64,000 nt of DNA from Octopus sinensis (GCF_006345805.1 NC_042998.1:150288001-150352000), one strand, 5' to 3'. Positions 40,001 to 54,011 are shown, numbered from the stretch's first letter. The notes: generated by a model not told the origin, from the letters alone. Translations and numbers: made by a program.

Positions 40001-40245
40001 GTGTGGTCTTGTAGTTAATGTGTTACACTTATGATCCCAAGATTGGGGTTTCGAGTCTGTGACCGGGTAGTGCATTGTGTTCTTGAGCTAAACACTTCAT
40101 TTTAAAGTTTCTCCAGTCAACTTAGCTGTAAATGGATAACTCTGCGACGGACTGGCGTCCCATTCAAAGGATATGTTGTGATCTTGGTCACTTACACGCC
40201 ATGGAAACCGAATAACCGGCCATATGAGTCCTTAGACTCAAGACA
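40001..40245 (+). mobile_element. Degenerate tRNA-derived SINE
   Basis: A-box-like GTGGTCTTGTAGTTAA, B-box-like GGTTTCGAGTC, and a V-SINE-like body (GATGGACTGGCGTCCC-like). Confidence 0.55.
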
Positions 40246-40273
40246 GTGGTGACGGTGGTGGTGGTGGTAGTGG

Positions 40274-40319
<46 letters not shown>

Positions 40320-40343
40320 GGTGGTGGTGGTGGTAGCGGCGGC

Positions 40344-40375
<32 letters not shown>

Positions 40376-41846
40376 TGGTGTTGGAGTCTATGATATTGCT
40401 CAATCCAGTCCGGGCACAACTAAGACTAAACAACTACAGCAAAATATTTCACAATTTGATTGACAGCAAATTGCATAAGAGTTTAAGGGACTTGGCTGCA
40501 GGGGAACTTACGGCCAAGTCCCTTAAACTCCTTACATACTGGCCCAGATTATTAAAATAAATGGATACATTAGATAATGAAGTCCTGGAAAATATAATTA
40601 GGTTAATGAAGAATTTCCTCTACCATGGCGGTGATTTGGCGGAGACGTTAAAGCGTCGGTCATTTGTTCCAACTTGCTGAGTTCAAGTCCTTCCAAGGTT
40701 GACATTGCTTGTCATTTTTTCAGGTTTGATAAAAATGCAGTAATACAATGAGGTGGATTGACGAAACTTCAAGAAGATCAGATCCAATGCCTTGCATTCT
40801 GAGTTCAAATCTCGCTGTTACCTACAAAGAGTTAATATGGCACTTTTGGAGTCTTTAGTAGTGTTTATGTTATCGCAAACTTTAAGAGGACGTTTTCATT
40901 CTAAAGACATCTCTTTCCCTCCCTTCTGCCAGTTCGGATACTACCTTCCTTCTTGACTAAAAGGTAAAATATAAAATGCTGTGCCCTCTGTGGACATACA
41001 ATCTTCTGACAATGAATTTAAAATCTTACATATTGAACGTCAACATCGTCTCTGCATTAACGCTGAGATGGTCATCACTAGAATAAGCAACCAATCATAA
41101 GTTCCTTTGGCTCAACTATTCTCTACCTACGAAAATTTAGTTTTAGATAAACCTGACTGGGGATACTACTGAGCAGCAACACTACCATCACTACTTCTAG
41201 CAGTAGCAGCAATAACCAGTGTAGAATCAGCGACAGCAGCGGCAACAACAGTAAAAACAACAACATCTACTACAATAAAAGCTCTGTCATTCTACGTTCG
41301 CTAATACCAACAACAAGATTAGCAAAAACAACAAACACAGCACCAAAGACAGCAGTTTGACCCCATGTTTGTTGTTGCAAGCTTTGCAGCTTTAACTATC
41401 TAAATACACGCCATGTTTTCCTAACACAGCTGTCTGCCATTTTGGTTTCATCACTTTCCACGTCTCTTTCCTCTCTATAAATTTACTCCTGCTTTTTCTT
41501 CATCTACCTCCTCACATTCGAATTATTCATTGCTTTCTCCTTTCTTCCTTTCTTTCTTTCTCTCTTTATTTCCATCTTTCTTTCTTTCTTCCTTTATTTC
41601 TTTCTCTTCTTTCTTTTTCTCATATTCTTTTTAGTTTTCACTCTTACCGTGTTTTGCTTCTTCTGCGTAAACTTTTGTACGAACATGCATTATGCCTCTT
41701 ATGTGTGTGGGATGGTGTGTGTGTGTGTGTGTGTGTGTGTGTTCTGTTCTTTTCTGTTTTGTTTTCTTTCACTCGTAAGCAATCCGATGCGAAAACTTCC
41801 GCTGCAGAAAAAGTTTCAGAATCTCATATTCTCTGAGTGTCTCATT

Positions 41847-41901
<55 letters not shown>

Positions 41902-41904
41902 TAT

Positions 41905-41953
<49 letters not shown>

Positions 41954-42067
41954 GTGTGTGTGTGTGTTATGTGTGTATGTGTGCGTGTGTGTGTATCTGT
42001 GTGTGTATATATATACATACATATATTTATATATATATAAACATATATACATATATATATATACATG

Positions 42068-42124
<57 letters not shown>

Positions 42125-42162
42125 ACACATATACATAGATATACATAGATACATACATACAT

Positions 42163-42211
<49 letters not shown>

Positions 42212-42212
<1 letters not shown>

Positions 42213-44590
42213 TAGCAAATGCACCCGTCCTTTGGACGGTGTAATTATTATAATGGTGCACTCCTTTGGACGTTTTAAGTTGAATTGGGCCGCAGTTAGA
42301 AGTCTTTTCAAGTTGATAAGCTTAAAATGTATAATTACCATTTTCGTTAACAGCTTATGATATGGTATTAAGAAACTTAGGTAACGAATAAATTTTTTGA
42401 ACACAAATTTGCCCTTCAGTAATAAATGAAAGTCCATGAAATGAGATTGCAATTGCAGTAGCTATTAAGGATTCTACATCTTACTTGAAGCGTTTTGTAT
42501 CATATATTTATTTTTCTCGTAATGCCTGACACAACGGCATTGAAGCTTTTCTTGAATGAAAATCATGTATGTTAAAGAAAAGTAAACATTTATAACAAAC
42601 ACAGAAAATGAATAATGGCATTTACAAAAATACGTATCAGGGCATGCTTATGAACGAACAGCGTGCGTGAAGGAAGAAGGGTCATTGAAAGTAATGCACT
42701 GTTAACAGCAATAAGGGGAAATGAAGCAAAATATCAATGAAATGCTTGCAGGATGCCTGATTGCTAACGGCTACAGTTTAGCGTAGGTGTAAGATTGCAG
42801 CAGAGAAATAACTACTGTAGAACTGCTTTGTAGACGACATATTTGGTTTTTCCTTTAGGAATAAGTTGTTTGGATGGTCAACTCTGGAACAACCGACGTA
42901 GAACCGTCCATGTGAAAAGGACGACGTTCGAAGGTCCAATCTGACAACTTTCAGTGACTGACCTTGTGCTTTGTTAATTGTCATGGCGAAGCTAAGTTTG
43001 AACGGGAACTAAAGTCTCTGCAGAGGGTAGGAGCAGTCTATTCGGTTTAGCGTAATTTTCGAAATAAAAACGGTATCGTTTTTGCCCTGTCACGTGATAA
43101 TTTGGGCTTCAATAACATGAGCCATCATTTGTTTGACCACAAGGCGAGTTCTATTACATAGTATGGGTGCATTTAGAGTGCGTAGGAGGATGACAGAGCA
43201 ACCGACTTTTAAGTGAAGTTCATGGGGAGGGAGTCCTGGAGTTAAGAAATTCTGTTGGAAAGTGTGTAACCTGATCGAGGTCGGTGTGTCAACTGGTCTG
43301 TAACAACGTTCTTGAGAAGGTAGCTGACTGAGTAAGTCGTAGTTAAGAGTGTTGACAGCTGCAATTGTAGGTTCAAGAACAGTCATGTCGCTAAGCCAAT
43401 CTGGTTTTATGTATTGTTGTAAGATTTGAGTAACGGCAGAACATAAGTCATCACGGCTGGAGACAGAATGGCCAATGGTGGTATGTCAATGTATCCGTTA
43501 TCGTTGGACGTAATTTGTCTATTGCCGATTTTAAGGAGCATTTCCGAAAACTGAGTTGTAAGGCTGAGCAGTCTGTATGAGTGATCTCATGTTGATGGTG
43601 AGTTGTTTCGATTGGGCACGCGAACAAAGGATGCGTTTTTAAAGGCAGGCACTAAGTTCATTAGCTGGTGTTCCTTTAGGTATAATAGGCAGAGTTTGCC
43701 GAAAATATTCTGCAAAAAGTAGAGTCGCACCTCCAAGAATGTTGTTGTTCGATCTAAGGTCTCTCAATGTGGTATCAAGTGATTGTAGGGAACATTTGGA
43801 GCACATAGTTGCTTCATCCCAAACAATGAGCTTGCACTTATTCAAAATTGTCGCTGCGTCCGAGGAATGCATTATACGTTGTGCTTTCTTGATGTGCTAC
43901 ATTGAAAGACAATTTGAAGATAGAGTGTACTGTTCATCCACCGTCGAGAAGAGTCGAGGCTATTCCTGAGGAGACAACACCATTATGCCGCAACTTTGCA
44001 AGAAGATTCAGAAGGAATGTTTTTCCAGTTCCATCGGGTGCGTCTAAGAAGATTAATCCGCCAGTATGTGTGCGGATGTTTGCGAGGACAAAATTGTATA
44101 CGTCAACTTGATCGTAATTCACAAGGGGATCGTTGTCAGCAATTTACAGTTTTAGTCTGTGGATGTAGAATTTTATTTGAAAAACGGCTCTGTCCTTTGG
44201 TAATATACTTGCATACGTAACGTATGGATTTGACAGAATTACAGAATTCTACGTTGATGTGTGCATGAAATGCTTTGCAGAGCCTCTTGTTGTTGGATAC
44301 GACCCACCGAGTATCAATCAAAAAGGTGTAGCGAGGTGGGGGTTCAAATGTAAGGGAGACAATCTATTTATGAATGTTACTTTGCAAAGAGTTACCTCTC
44401 TTGTACACAATAGTCACCATCTATCAGAAATGGAGGTTTTTCTGACCCTTTCGCTAGAAGACGCATTACTCCATATTACTCTATAAGCGACACTTTTAGA
44501 ATCATCTGTGGAACATAAGTGATGTATTGCCAAGCCTGAACGAAATCGGATGAAAAAGGCTCACATACACACACATATCCCGTCTCATAT
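42212..44590 (-). mobile_element. Internally deleted Helitron with Rep remnant and PIF1-family helicase fragments
   Basis: HINVEFCNSVKSIRYVCKYITKG (Rep C-terminus), FLDAPDGTGKTFLL (Walker A), LIVWDEA (Walker B) and [10 protein letters not shown]...YVGCSRV. The 3' hairpin CCGTCC-AAA-GGACGG (42225-42239) is followed by a CTAA terminus at 42212-42215. Confidence 0.9.
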
Positions 44591-47097
44591 ATATATATAT
44601 ATGTGTGTGTGTAAGTATGTATGCATGTACGTATGCATGCATGTACGTATGCATGCATGTATGCAGGCACGTATGATTGCTCGTGACAGCGATTGTGTGT
44701 GTGTTTACATATTTGTATCTGAGTATCTAACATGCGTGCGCATGAGAGCCACTACTTATGAATACTTATAAACTTATACATACATACATACATCATTCAC
44801 ATATACAGTTGCACTAAGCTCATATGAGAGTATAGCTACGGTAACTCGACCTGCTAAAATTATCAGCCAAATTTTCCTAATATAAACAATCTCTAACTAC
44901 ATCATAGTAACAACAACAACAACAACAGCGGCAGCAGCAGAACCAACAATGACATTAGCAAGAAACATGTGGAAGAGCAACCATAATAATAACTACGACC
45001 ATAAAGATATTGAAGAAAATTCTAAATTCTAGGACAACAATATCTTATCATTGTTGAATACATCTATCGGCAGAAAGATAGACAAACGCAACGAAATGTT
45101 TAGGCTATGTCACAAATATGGTATCTAATTAAAATATAATCGTTGGGACCCTTTGTAAAAGTGCATGAAGCTCTTGTGCATAAACTCTTTTTTGTATAGT
45201 TTAGACAAAGGCAGCATCCATGAACTTTAATCAAGGCCACCAAGATGGTAAGATGGTTCATCGTAAATTATTGTGGTTATTTACATCGGCAGATTCAATC
45301 TATCGTCGGCATATTAATCACAATGTTTTGTCTCTTTTTTCATGTTAATGCTAAATACCTTGTTAGATATTACTGGAAAATTATATTAACCGAGTAAATA
45401 CGTTACATCTCAGTAACATTGAAAAAGAAATTCAAAGACAGAAATTTCCATCCAACCATCAAGAAACCTTCAAAATTCTTGGAAAAGGAACAATCAAGAG
45501 ATGAACTAATAAACAATCACAGCATCGCTAGTGTAGAAATTCCACTTCGCAAAAAGAAATACAAAAGCTGTATCACGAGAATTCACCATATTATCAAGAA
45601 ATATCAGCGGCGTTGTCTACAATTTGACTTTTTAAATCGCTTCTTCTTTCTGCAATACGAAAACAAAGCACATCATCATATTAAGCCTGAGGATTTTATA
45701 TTTAAAACCAGCTTTGGTTTACTTTTGAATATATTGAATAAATTTGATATTAATAATGTTTATTTCTGAATTACTCTTAATTAATGAAACGAGATTTATT
45801 TCCTCTGCAAATAAAAACTTTCAAAAATAGTTTAGCAATGTGTTTACTCTGCGGATAAAAAATAATTATCATGAATTTACAATGAATTTGCTGACGATGT
45901 ATTGTCATTTCCTGTAAATTATCAGCGATGAAATAACAGGCAATGTATTTACCAAGTTGTAATTACTCGTGATAAATTTACCGGAATTTATGCAAGACAT
46001 GCCAGAAGTGGAGAGAGTTTTTGATACCTTCCGATTAGAAAATTGATCTTGAATGACTGCTGTCGAACCAACTTATATAAAAGTGTCCAAGGACCATTTG
46101 ACAGTGCTGAACCGGATTAAATCTACTACCTGAGAACAAGTACAATTTACTCAATAAACGCTACAAAGTCTCTCCACTTTCACACAGAAGCGCTGGGTCA
46201 AAAACAATCTTTGGTAAAAGATGCTTGCCAGAGTACTGCGGAATGAAATTCTTACTTGCATGATTACATCTACACTAATACAGGACAGATATATCGGTTA
46301 ATGAAGACAATAAAGTTGGAACTGATGATCACAGTATAGTAGAGATAGAGCGTCTAATCATGATAAATGAGAGTGTTACTCGGATGTGAATGAATTTTCT
46401 AAAAGTAGAAGCTGATTACCCATCAAACTATATTCTATACTGTTAAATAAAAGGACTTTGGGTAATATATAGTCTACAGAAAAGACTGGTCACATTTGGG
46501 ACGCTTTTGATCATAGGTCTGCATGTTGGGGGTCAATACAGTTTGTAATTCCTTAGATACAGGTATATCAAATACCACACAGGGATATCAAATAATTCTT
46601 GATTTATTAAATTTATTTCCCCCGCAATAGAGGCCAGCTTCATATGAGAAGGGGATATAATGTCAAGGTTCAAGAATTCTCCAAAGTTGAGATGCCATTT
46701 GAGAAAAGGACTAGCTTATTGTCCAAAGATAAGGAGACACCTATAGGGAAATATTTTTGGCTGCTGGCCTTAATTGCTATTATTAAGTAATTATAACGCA
46801 TCCTTCAGATATAGATAAGAATTTATCTTGTATGGTATTTGATATACCTATATTTATCTATGTTGTCCATATATAAGCCACTGGTCATTTTGGGTTATTT
46901 TCATTCGATCATTTTTTGTTTAAATTCATTGTAAGTACTTTTATCGCTTCAGTCTTCGAAAGCTGTATTGAATGTTTTTAGTGACCTTATCTGTAGCAGC
47001 TGGAACCTCAGTAAAATCCAGCGAATATAGTAGCTGTGAGTAAGGGACAGTCATCTTTACAAAAGTACATTCAACCAACCTGTTTATAGTTTATATA

Positions 47098-47990
47098 CGA
47101 GGTGGTATCACAAACTTCCCGGACTAGTTCTGTTTAATAAAAAATAACTTATTTACCTAAGTTTTAACATCATCTCTTTCGAAATAGTTACCTTGCGTGG
47201 CAATACACCGGTCCCTGTGTTCCTGCACTTTTGAATCCAGCCTGGAAGTCGTTTCCTGGAAGCGAGTCGAGGACCTTCTGCGATTCGCTCTTGATCTCGA
47301 CAACGGTGTTAAAACGGCGACCTTTGAGCTCCCTCTTCATCTTAGAAAAAAGATAGAAGCCTGCAGGTGTTAAATGTGGCAAATAAGGCGGGTGCAGAGG
47401 CGATACCATGTTGTTTTTTAGCGAGAAACTCATCGGTGAGGAGAGCTCATTCACAGGGTACATTGTCGCGAAGAATCCAAGACTTGGTGCTCCACAGATC
47501 CGGTCGCTTTCGCCGAATGTCCTTCTTCAAACACTTCAAAATGTCACAGTAGAACTCTTGATCGACGGTCTGACCCTGGGGGACAAATTCTCGATGTACG
47601 TCGAAAAAAACCGATGAGCATGCTCTTAACTAAGCTGCTGCTCTGTTGTGCATTTTCAAGCGCCTGTGCCACTCGAAACATTGCATGCGACCTATTGCCT
47701 CGTCGCCAAAAGCTTGCCGAAGCATGCTCAATGTCTCTATAGCAGACTTTCCAAGTTTAACACAAAATTTCACATTGGCTCTTTGTTCCAACCCTCTGTT
47801 CCATTGCAGACTACAGGCATACACGTGACCACAAAAATGCAAATTTCACAACTTGTGAAATAAACACAGAAATGTCACTCTGCACACTGCCTCATGAAGG
47901 TCACTGATGGCTCTCATTGCGCAAGCAACCGTGTGCTGCAATCAGTTCGCGCACTACAGAACTGTTCCGGGAACTTTTGATACCACTTCG
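47098..47990 (-). mobile_element. Internally deleted mariner-like element with TIRs and TA target duplication
   Basis: TA|CGAGGTGGTATCACAAACTTCCCGGA ... TCCGGGAACTTTTGATACCACTTCG|TA. Minus-strand ORFs: EQRANVKFCVKLGKS (HTH) and HPPYLPHLTPAGFYLF (YSPDLAP-like). Confidence 0.92.
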
Positions 47991-48496
47991 TATAACATTT
48001 AACCATATTATGATGCATTAGGTCCTCCCCCAGATGTACCTCGTAACTCTTAGTTACTAGTGTTGTCTCTTCAATCTTCAGTCCGTCTCGTTCTTTACCT
48101 TTTTTTTTTTTTTAGATAAAAACTAATAATCGATAACCAGATCTCTCCCACGTGATCTTCTCATTGCATAGTCTAGTCCACCAGTGATATCATGTTTTAC
48201 AAAAGACGTTTCTACAATAGCCACTCCACAGTTTATTCAATTTGCGGCTACATGAATTGCAAACACATACGCACATATATACACATATAAATATATATAC
48301 ATACTTATATATACGTTTATATATATATGCACAGAACACAAATAAATACAGAAATACATGACCGTATATATATACATATGTGTGTGTTTGTGTACGTATA
48401 CTAAAAAGTCTTTGGGTGCTTGTATCTTATTCTCATATCTTTTCTGTATTTGTTTATGTAGTGAAAGAGCGCGTGATAGAAGAGAAAGCTATAGAA

Positions 48497-48531
<35 letters not shown>

Positions 48532-48728
48532 AACAGAGACAGACAGAGAGAAAGAGAGAATTAGTCAGACAGACAGGAAAAAAAAAAGAAAGCTAGCTCG
48601 CTAGCTAGATCTAGAGTGACAGTGAGAGAGAAAGAGAGGAAGGGAGACAGACAGTCAGACAGATAGATAGACAGACAGTCAGACACACAGTCAGTCAGTC
48701 AGACAGACAGACAGACAGACAGGCAGAC

Positions 48729-48814
<86 letters not shown>

Positions 48815-49927
48815 GCAGACAGACAGATAGATAGATAGATAGATAGATACATACATACATACATACATACATACATACATACATACATACATACATACAT
48901 ACATACATACATGCTTAGATATAATATTACACATTCTCTTGCGTGTGCATATATACGTATAATCTTTTCCACGCTAGTACAAGGCCCGAGCATATATACA
49001 TATAATGATATATATGTGTATATGTGTCGATCAGTTGGAGACATATGTGTGCGTGCGTCAGTACATACGTATATACGTGTATGTGTACATATACATACAC
49101 ATATATATTATCTGAAGATATAGGCATATGCGCACGGATGTGTGTGTATGTGTGAGTGTGTATGTGTGTGTAAAGAGATACGTGCCAATAGGTACTCACG
49201 TACAGTCGTATTCTTGCTAATCACCCCTCATCCACCCTCTATTTCTTTCCTCCACCCCTGCCCCGCTTCTACATCTAACCCCTTCCTCCCACCTCCCTCC
49301 CCAGCTGCACTCATGTAATACTAATCTAGTCACACCTCGCACTTCACTCACGTTCTTGCACTTATTTCTCTCTCTTCCCTCCCACCCTAACATACCGCTA
49401 CCCACACACTCTCTGTACCCGTATATCAACAAAACCTCTACCCTCTATCGCCTACCGTTGACTATACTCATCTATTTTATACCCTCGTACATCCCGCCGC
49501 TCTCGCTTCCCCCCTCCCGCCCGTCTACGCACACACACACATACCCATACATACCCATACATACGCATATACGTATCTGCATCTCGATTGCGTGATCCAG
49601 TATGTCCGCCTATATATAGAAACGATATTTGCTTACAATACGGACGGCCTCTATCTCACTGACAATGTAACACACATATACACACACACACACACGCACA
49701 CACACACACACGTGCGTGTATGTACATGTCTTATATACGTATGTATGCATGTATATATGTATGTATGCATGTATGCATGTATGTTCGTATGTATGAATAT
49801 ATGAACATATATATACATGTGTTTGTGCATGTATGTGTGTGTGTATATATATATATATATAAACACATATATATACATATATATATATAAACACATATAT
49901 ATATACATATATATATATAATATATAT

Positions 49928-49980
<53 letters not shown>

Positions 49981-50197
49981 AAGAAGAAGTAATAGAGTGA
50001 CTCAAAGGCCGAAAATTTCGTGTCTTATCCTGTTTGCATCGCGAAACCTCCTATATGTATCCTAGTACATGCAAGTCTGATTATATGCTTATATCTGTGT
50101 TTAAAATTTGATGCATGAATTTATAGAAGTGGAACATGTGTTTATGGACTTACAGACATACACTTTCTAGATATACAACTGTACATATATATATATA

Positions 50198-50251
<54 letters not shown>

Positions 50252-50562
50252 ATAGGGGGAGAGTTCATGAAAAAAACAAAAGACGAAGACAGGTGGTGTA
50301 GAAAACAAACAGATGTATTAGTATAACGCTCAGGAATTGAAAAAGTCTTTTATGTTTCGAGCCTACGCTCTTATACAGAAAGGAACACAGAAAGAAACAA
50401 GGAGAGAAACAAGGAGAGAAAAAATATGTGTGTAGTAGCTACCGATCTATCATGGTGACTGCCGGACAGAAGGGTCACACAGGAGAGTGAAGAAGTTGGG
50501 GAGATAACATGTAATGGTTTTTGTTAAGCAGCGTCGGTTTTTGCAATTCTGTAAATAATAAT

Positions 50563-50890
50563 AGCATTTTATGAACTTAAAGCTTATAAGCGATCATCCG
50601 GCAATGACGAAAGAAAGTGGGATTCCTGTATGCGTGGGAATTGAATCCACATCTCTTTGTTTTCGCAACTAATGTGCTAACCATTTGCACCAACGTAGAA
50701 ATTTTTCTGGTTCTATGGTGGGGTAAATGGTTAGCACACTTGTCGCGAAAACAAAGAGATGTGGGTTCGAGTTCCTTGTGTACGGCAACACCTACTTTTT
50801 TCTGTCGGGGGCTTATATACCTCATTATTAGACTATTTTCTTTGATCATTGCGTGATGATCGCTTATAAGCTCTAAGCTTATAAAATACT
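50563..50890. mobile_element. Palindromic MITE-like element containing two divergent tRNA-like units
   Basis: Ends of ~55 bp are imperfect reverse complements. tRNA-like segments with A- and B-box motifs lie at ~50625-50695 (-) and ~50717-50786 (+). Confidence 0.6.
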
Positions 50891-50974
50891 TTACGTTCAT
50901 GAATTTGTGTTGCAGATGTGTTTTGGGATGATCATTTTTGGGGGGTGGGGGTTCTTATTCTAACTCATGTCCAT

Positions 50975-51026
50975 TGTCCGGAAATCTTTCGTCACTCATC
51001 ACACATCTACGACCTCATCAGTGACA
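50975..51026 (-). ncRNA. Degenerate hammerhead motif
   Basis: Minus strand: UGUCA-CUGAUGA-G-GUCG...UGAC-GAAA-G-AU-UUC-CG-GACA. Stem I is disrupted next to the cleavage site. Confidence 0.4.
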
Positions 51027-51224
51027 CTTTCCATCTTCGTGTGTTCTCTTGCTCTGCTTATTCCATTCTCAGAGAATGGACATGAGTTACAATAAGAACA
51101 GTAATAAACGAGTGAATAACGAATATATATAGTGCGTGTGTTTATTTGGCAAAAAAAAAAACGAGCATCCCAAAATACAACATTATGAAATACTAAGTGT
51201 ATGTATGCATATGTTTGTATATAT

Positions 51225-51280
<56 letters not shown>

Positions 51281-51360
51281 TGTTTATGTTTTGTTTATGT
51301 TTTCCAGTTTCAGCTCTTGAGCTGTGGCCATGCTGGGGCACCGCCATTAATAAAAGGAAT

Positions 51361-51478
51361 GCTTACAGCACTTAGGTTTCCCAAGCGGTCACCCATCTAA
51401 GTACTAACTAGGCTCGATGTTGCTTAACTTCGGTGATCAGACGAGAACCGGTGCTTTCAACGTAATATGGCCGTAATA
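51361..51478 (-). pseudogene. 5S rRNA pseudogene / 5S-derived dispersed copy
   Basis: Minus strand: TACGGCCATATTACGTTGAAAGCACCGGTTCTCGTCTGATCACCGAAGTTAAGCAAC...TTAGTACTTAGATGGGTGACCGCTTGGGAAACCTAAGTGCTGTAAGC. It is solitary and about 118 nt long, with several substitutions versus the recalled metazoan 5S. Confidence 0.9.
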
Positions 51479-51806
51479 TACATTTCTGCTAAAACGGACA
51501 GGTCAGTAAACAACCTCGCCACTACATTAATGTAAATCTTAATGTAAATTGTTTTTGAATTCACAATATTCTGTACTGAACTTTTTTTGATAATTCCTCC
51601 TGGAAATTACCCTGAGATGTATAATATATTTGTTTTAATCTTTTCTGCCCATTTTTTCAATGAGCTTTTTAAACCTCTTTATATTCTCATCATACTGTTG
51701 TACTTTTTTATGTCCTTAACATGTCCCTGTTACCAAAGACTGTATATATACATGTAATGTAGCAATTTGCAACAACCAATAATTAACGCAACCAAACTTC
51801 CATATG

Positions 51807-51851
51807 TTACTTTTGACAATCTTTTTCCAAAGAGTGAAACCGGTTAAGTAA
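51807..51851 (+). ncRNA. Minimal hammerhead motif with U3:A8 core (UUGACAA), stem II partly deleted
   Basis: UUACUU-UUGACAA-UCUUU-UUCC-AAAGA-GU-GAAAC-CG-GUU-AAGUAA. Stem I is a perfect 6 bp and stem III the palindrome ACCGGU. Confidence 0.55.
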
Positions 51852-51931
51852 ATAAACATCTTTTAAATTGCATTTTCAAACCTTCTTTCGTATATAATTC
51901 CACTCCTGCGATACCCCACAACTCAACTTTG

Positions 51932-52040
<109 letters not shown>

Positions 52041-52745
52041 AATTGGAGATAAAACCAGTATTAGCAATCAAACAGTGAAAAACTTAAATCAAAACATAAA
52101 AATTAAAATAATTAATATAATTTACAAAATATGTAAAATATAAAATTTAAAATTTAAATTATTTAAATTTAAAATTATTAAATATATTTATATTTATATT
52201 TTTATATATATATATATATATTATATTTTTATATATATTTATATAACTATCAAAAAGTATTACATACTTACACACAGACATACACACAAACACACATACA
52301 TACACACATACAAACACACACACATACATAAATAGCATTTAGATGTTGGCATATGTTGTTTAATCCTTTCTCAGATCAGATCTTAAAGACTTATGACAGA
52401 GTTCTAGCCGTGGCCAACCCACAGCCTTTCTTCTGTGAAATGCCAGGCTGTTTTAAGGGGATTTGACTGCTATTTCTAGTAGATCAAACTCGCACGTTGA
52501 TGCTCCATCCGTAACTCGTATTTGTGTGTATCTCTGCATGTATGTAAATCAGTCACTGTATGTTTACGTGTGTTTACATGTAAATGTTTGTATATGCGTA
52601 AGTGTGCAGAAATTGTATCTATGTGCATATGATTGTAAATATGTGTACGTGAAAGCGCGTATATCTATGTGCGTAGATGTTTATGTGTATACATGTATGT
52701 CTGTATGTGTGAACCTTTATCTGGCTTTGTATGGATGGTTCTTTG

Positions 52746-52825
<80 letters not shown>

Positions 52826-53456
52826 TGTGTGTGTGTGGTGTGTGTGTGTGTGTGTGTGTGTGCGTGTGTGTTCTGTAAACATGTACGCATACATATATCT
52901 GAGACATGTGTATATATGTATGTGTGTGTATGTGTAGGTGTGTGTGTGTATGTATGTATGTTTGAGACATAAGTGTGCGTGACTGTGTATATATGTGTAG
53001 GTGTGAGAGACAAGAAGGAAGGCGAAACATGAATGATCTTACCTTATGTATTTGTATATACGTGTGTGTGTGCGTATCTGTGTGTATTTCTATATGTGTT
53101 TATATCTGGTTATGCGTGTGTGTATGTATGTATGTATGTACGATAGAATGGTGGTGGAGGAAAGACCTTGTGTTGTAGTTTGTGTATATTTAGGTGTGTA
53201 CGTTACTCAAGGTGACGTTGTATATATTTACTTAATTGGATTTCTTTCCCCTTCTGGGTGTGTATATATATACACACACACATATATATATATATATATT
53301 TAACCCAATATATATACATATATACGTATATATATATGTATATATATATATATATATACATACAATCATACATACGCATATACAGACGTATACAAGGACA
53401 TAGGTATATGCATACACATACTTAACACAAAACAAAAACATATTGCGCACATACGC

Positions 53457-53498
<42 letters not shown>

Positions 53499-53635
53499 TT
53501 ATATTATATCTGTGTATATGTGTGAATGTGTATCGTTCGATAAATACCTATCGTAAGTATGTATAGTTTATATATATATTACATGTCATTATACATGCTC
53601 ATACATACACATACATACCTATATATGAATATACC

Positions 53636-53671
<36 letters not shown>

Positions 53672-53815
53672 ATATATATATATCTATATATATATATATA
53701 TATATATTATGTATATATTATAAATGTATGTATAAATGTATGTATATATGTATATATACATATATATATACATACACATATATATATACGTATATATAGA
53801 GAGCGAGAGGGAGAG

Positions 53816-53857
<42 letters not shown>

Positions 53858-53919
53858 ACGAAAATATGTTGACAGTTGCTGTTATTTCGAAGTTTCGCCA
53901 CAGGCTGGTCTTTCCAAAA

Positions 53920-53964
<45 letters not shown>

Positions 53965-54011
53965 TACATACACACACGCATACACACACACTTAAATATA
54001 TATGTATATAT

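Noticed and set aside
45419-45769. 116-aa ORF of normal complexity
   Set aside because: No recognisable domain or splice context; an ORF of this length is plausible by chance in AT-rich DNA. A BLASTX/RNA-seq check would be needed.
50345-50380. GAGC-GUAG-GCUC-GAAAC hairpin (minus strand)
   Set aside because: The core reads CUGUAUAA and stem III is mismatched; too degraded to call without a family consensus.
52085-52250. Almost purely A/T non-periodic stretch
   Set aside because: Probably a decayed AT-rich repeat or low-quality consensus; no structure identified.
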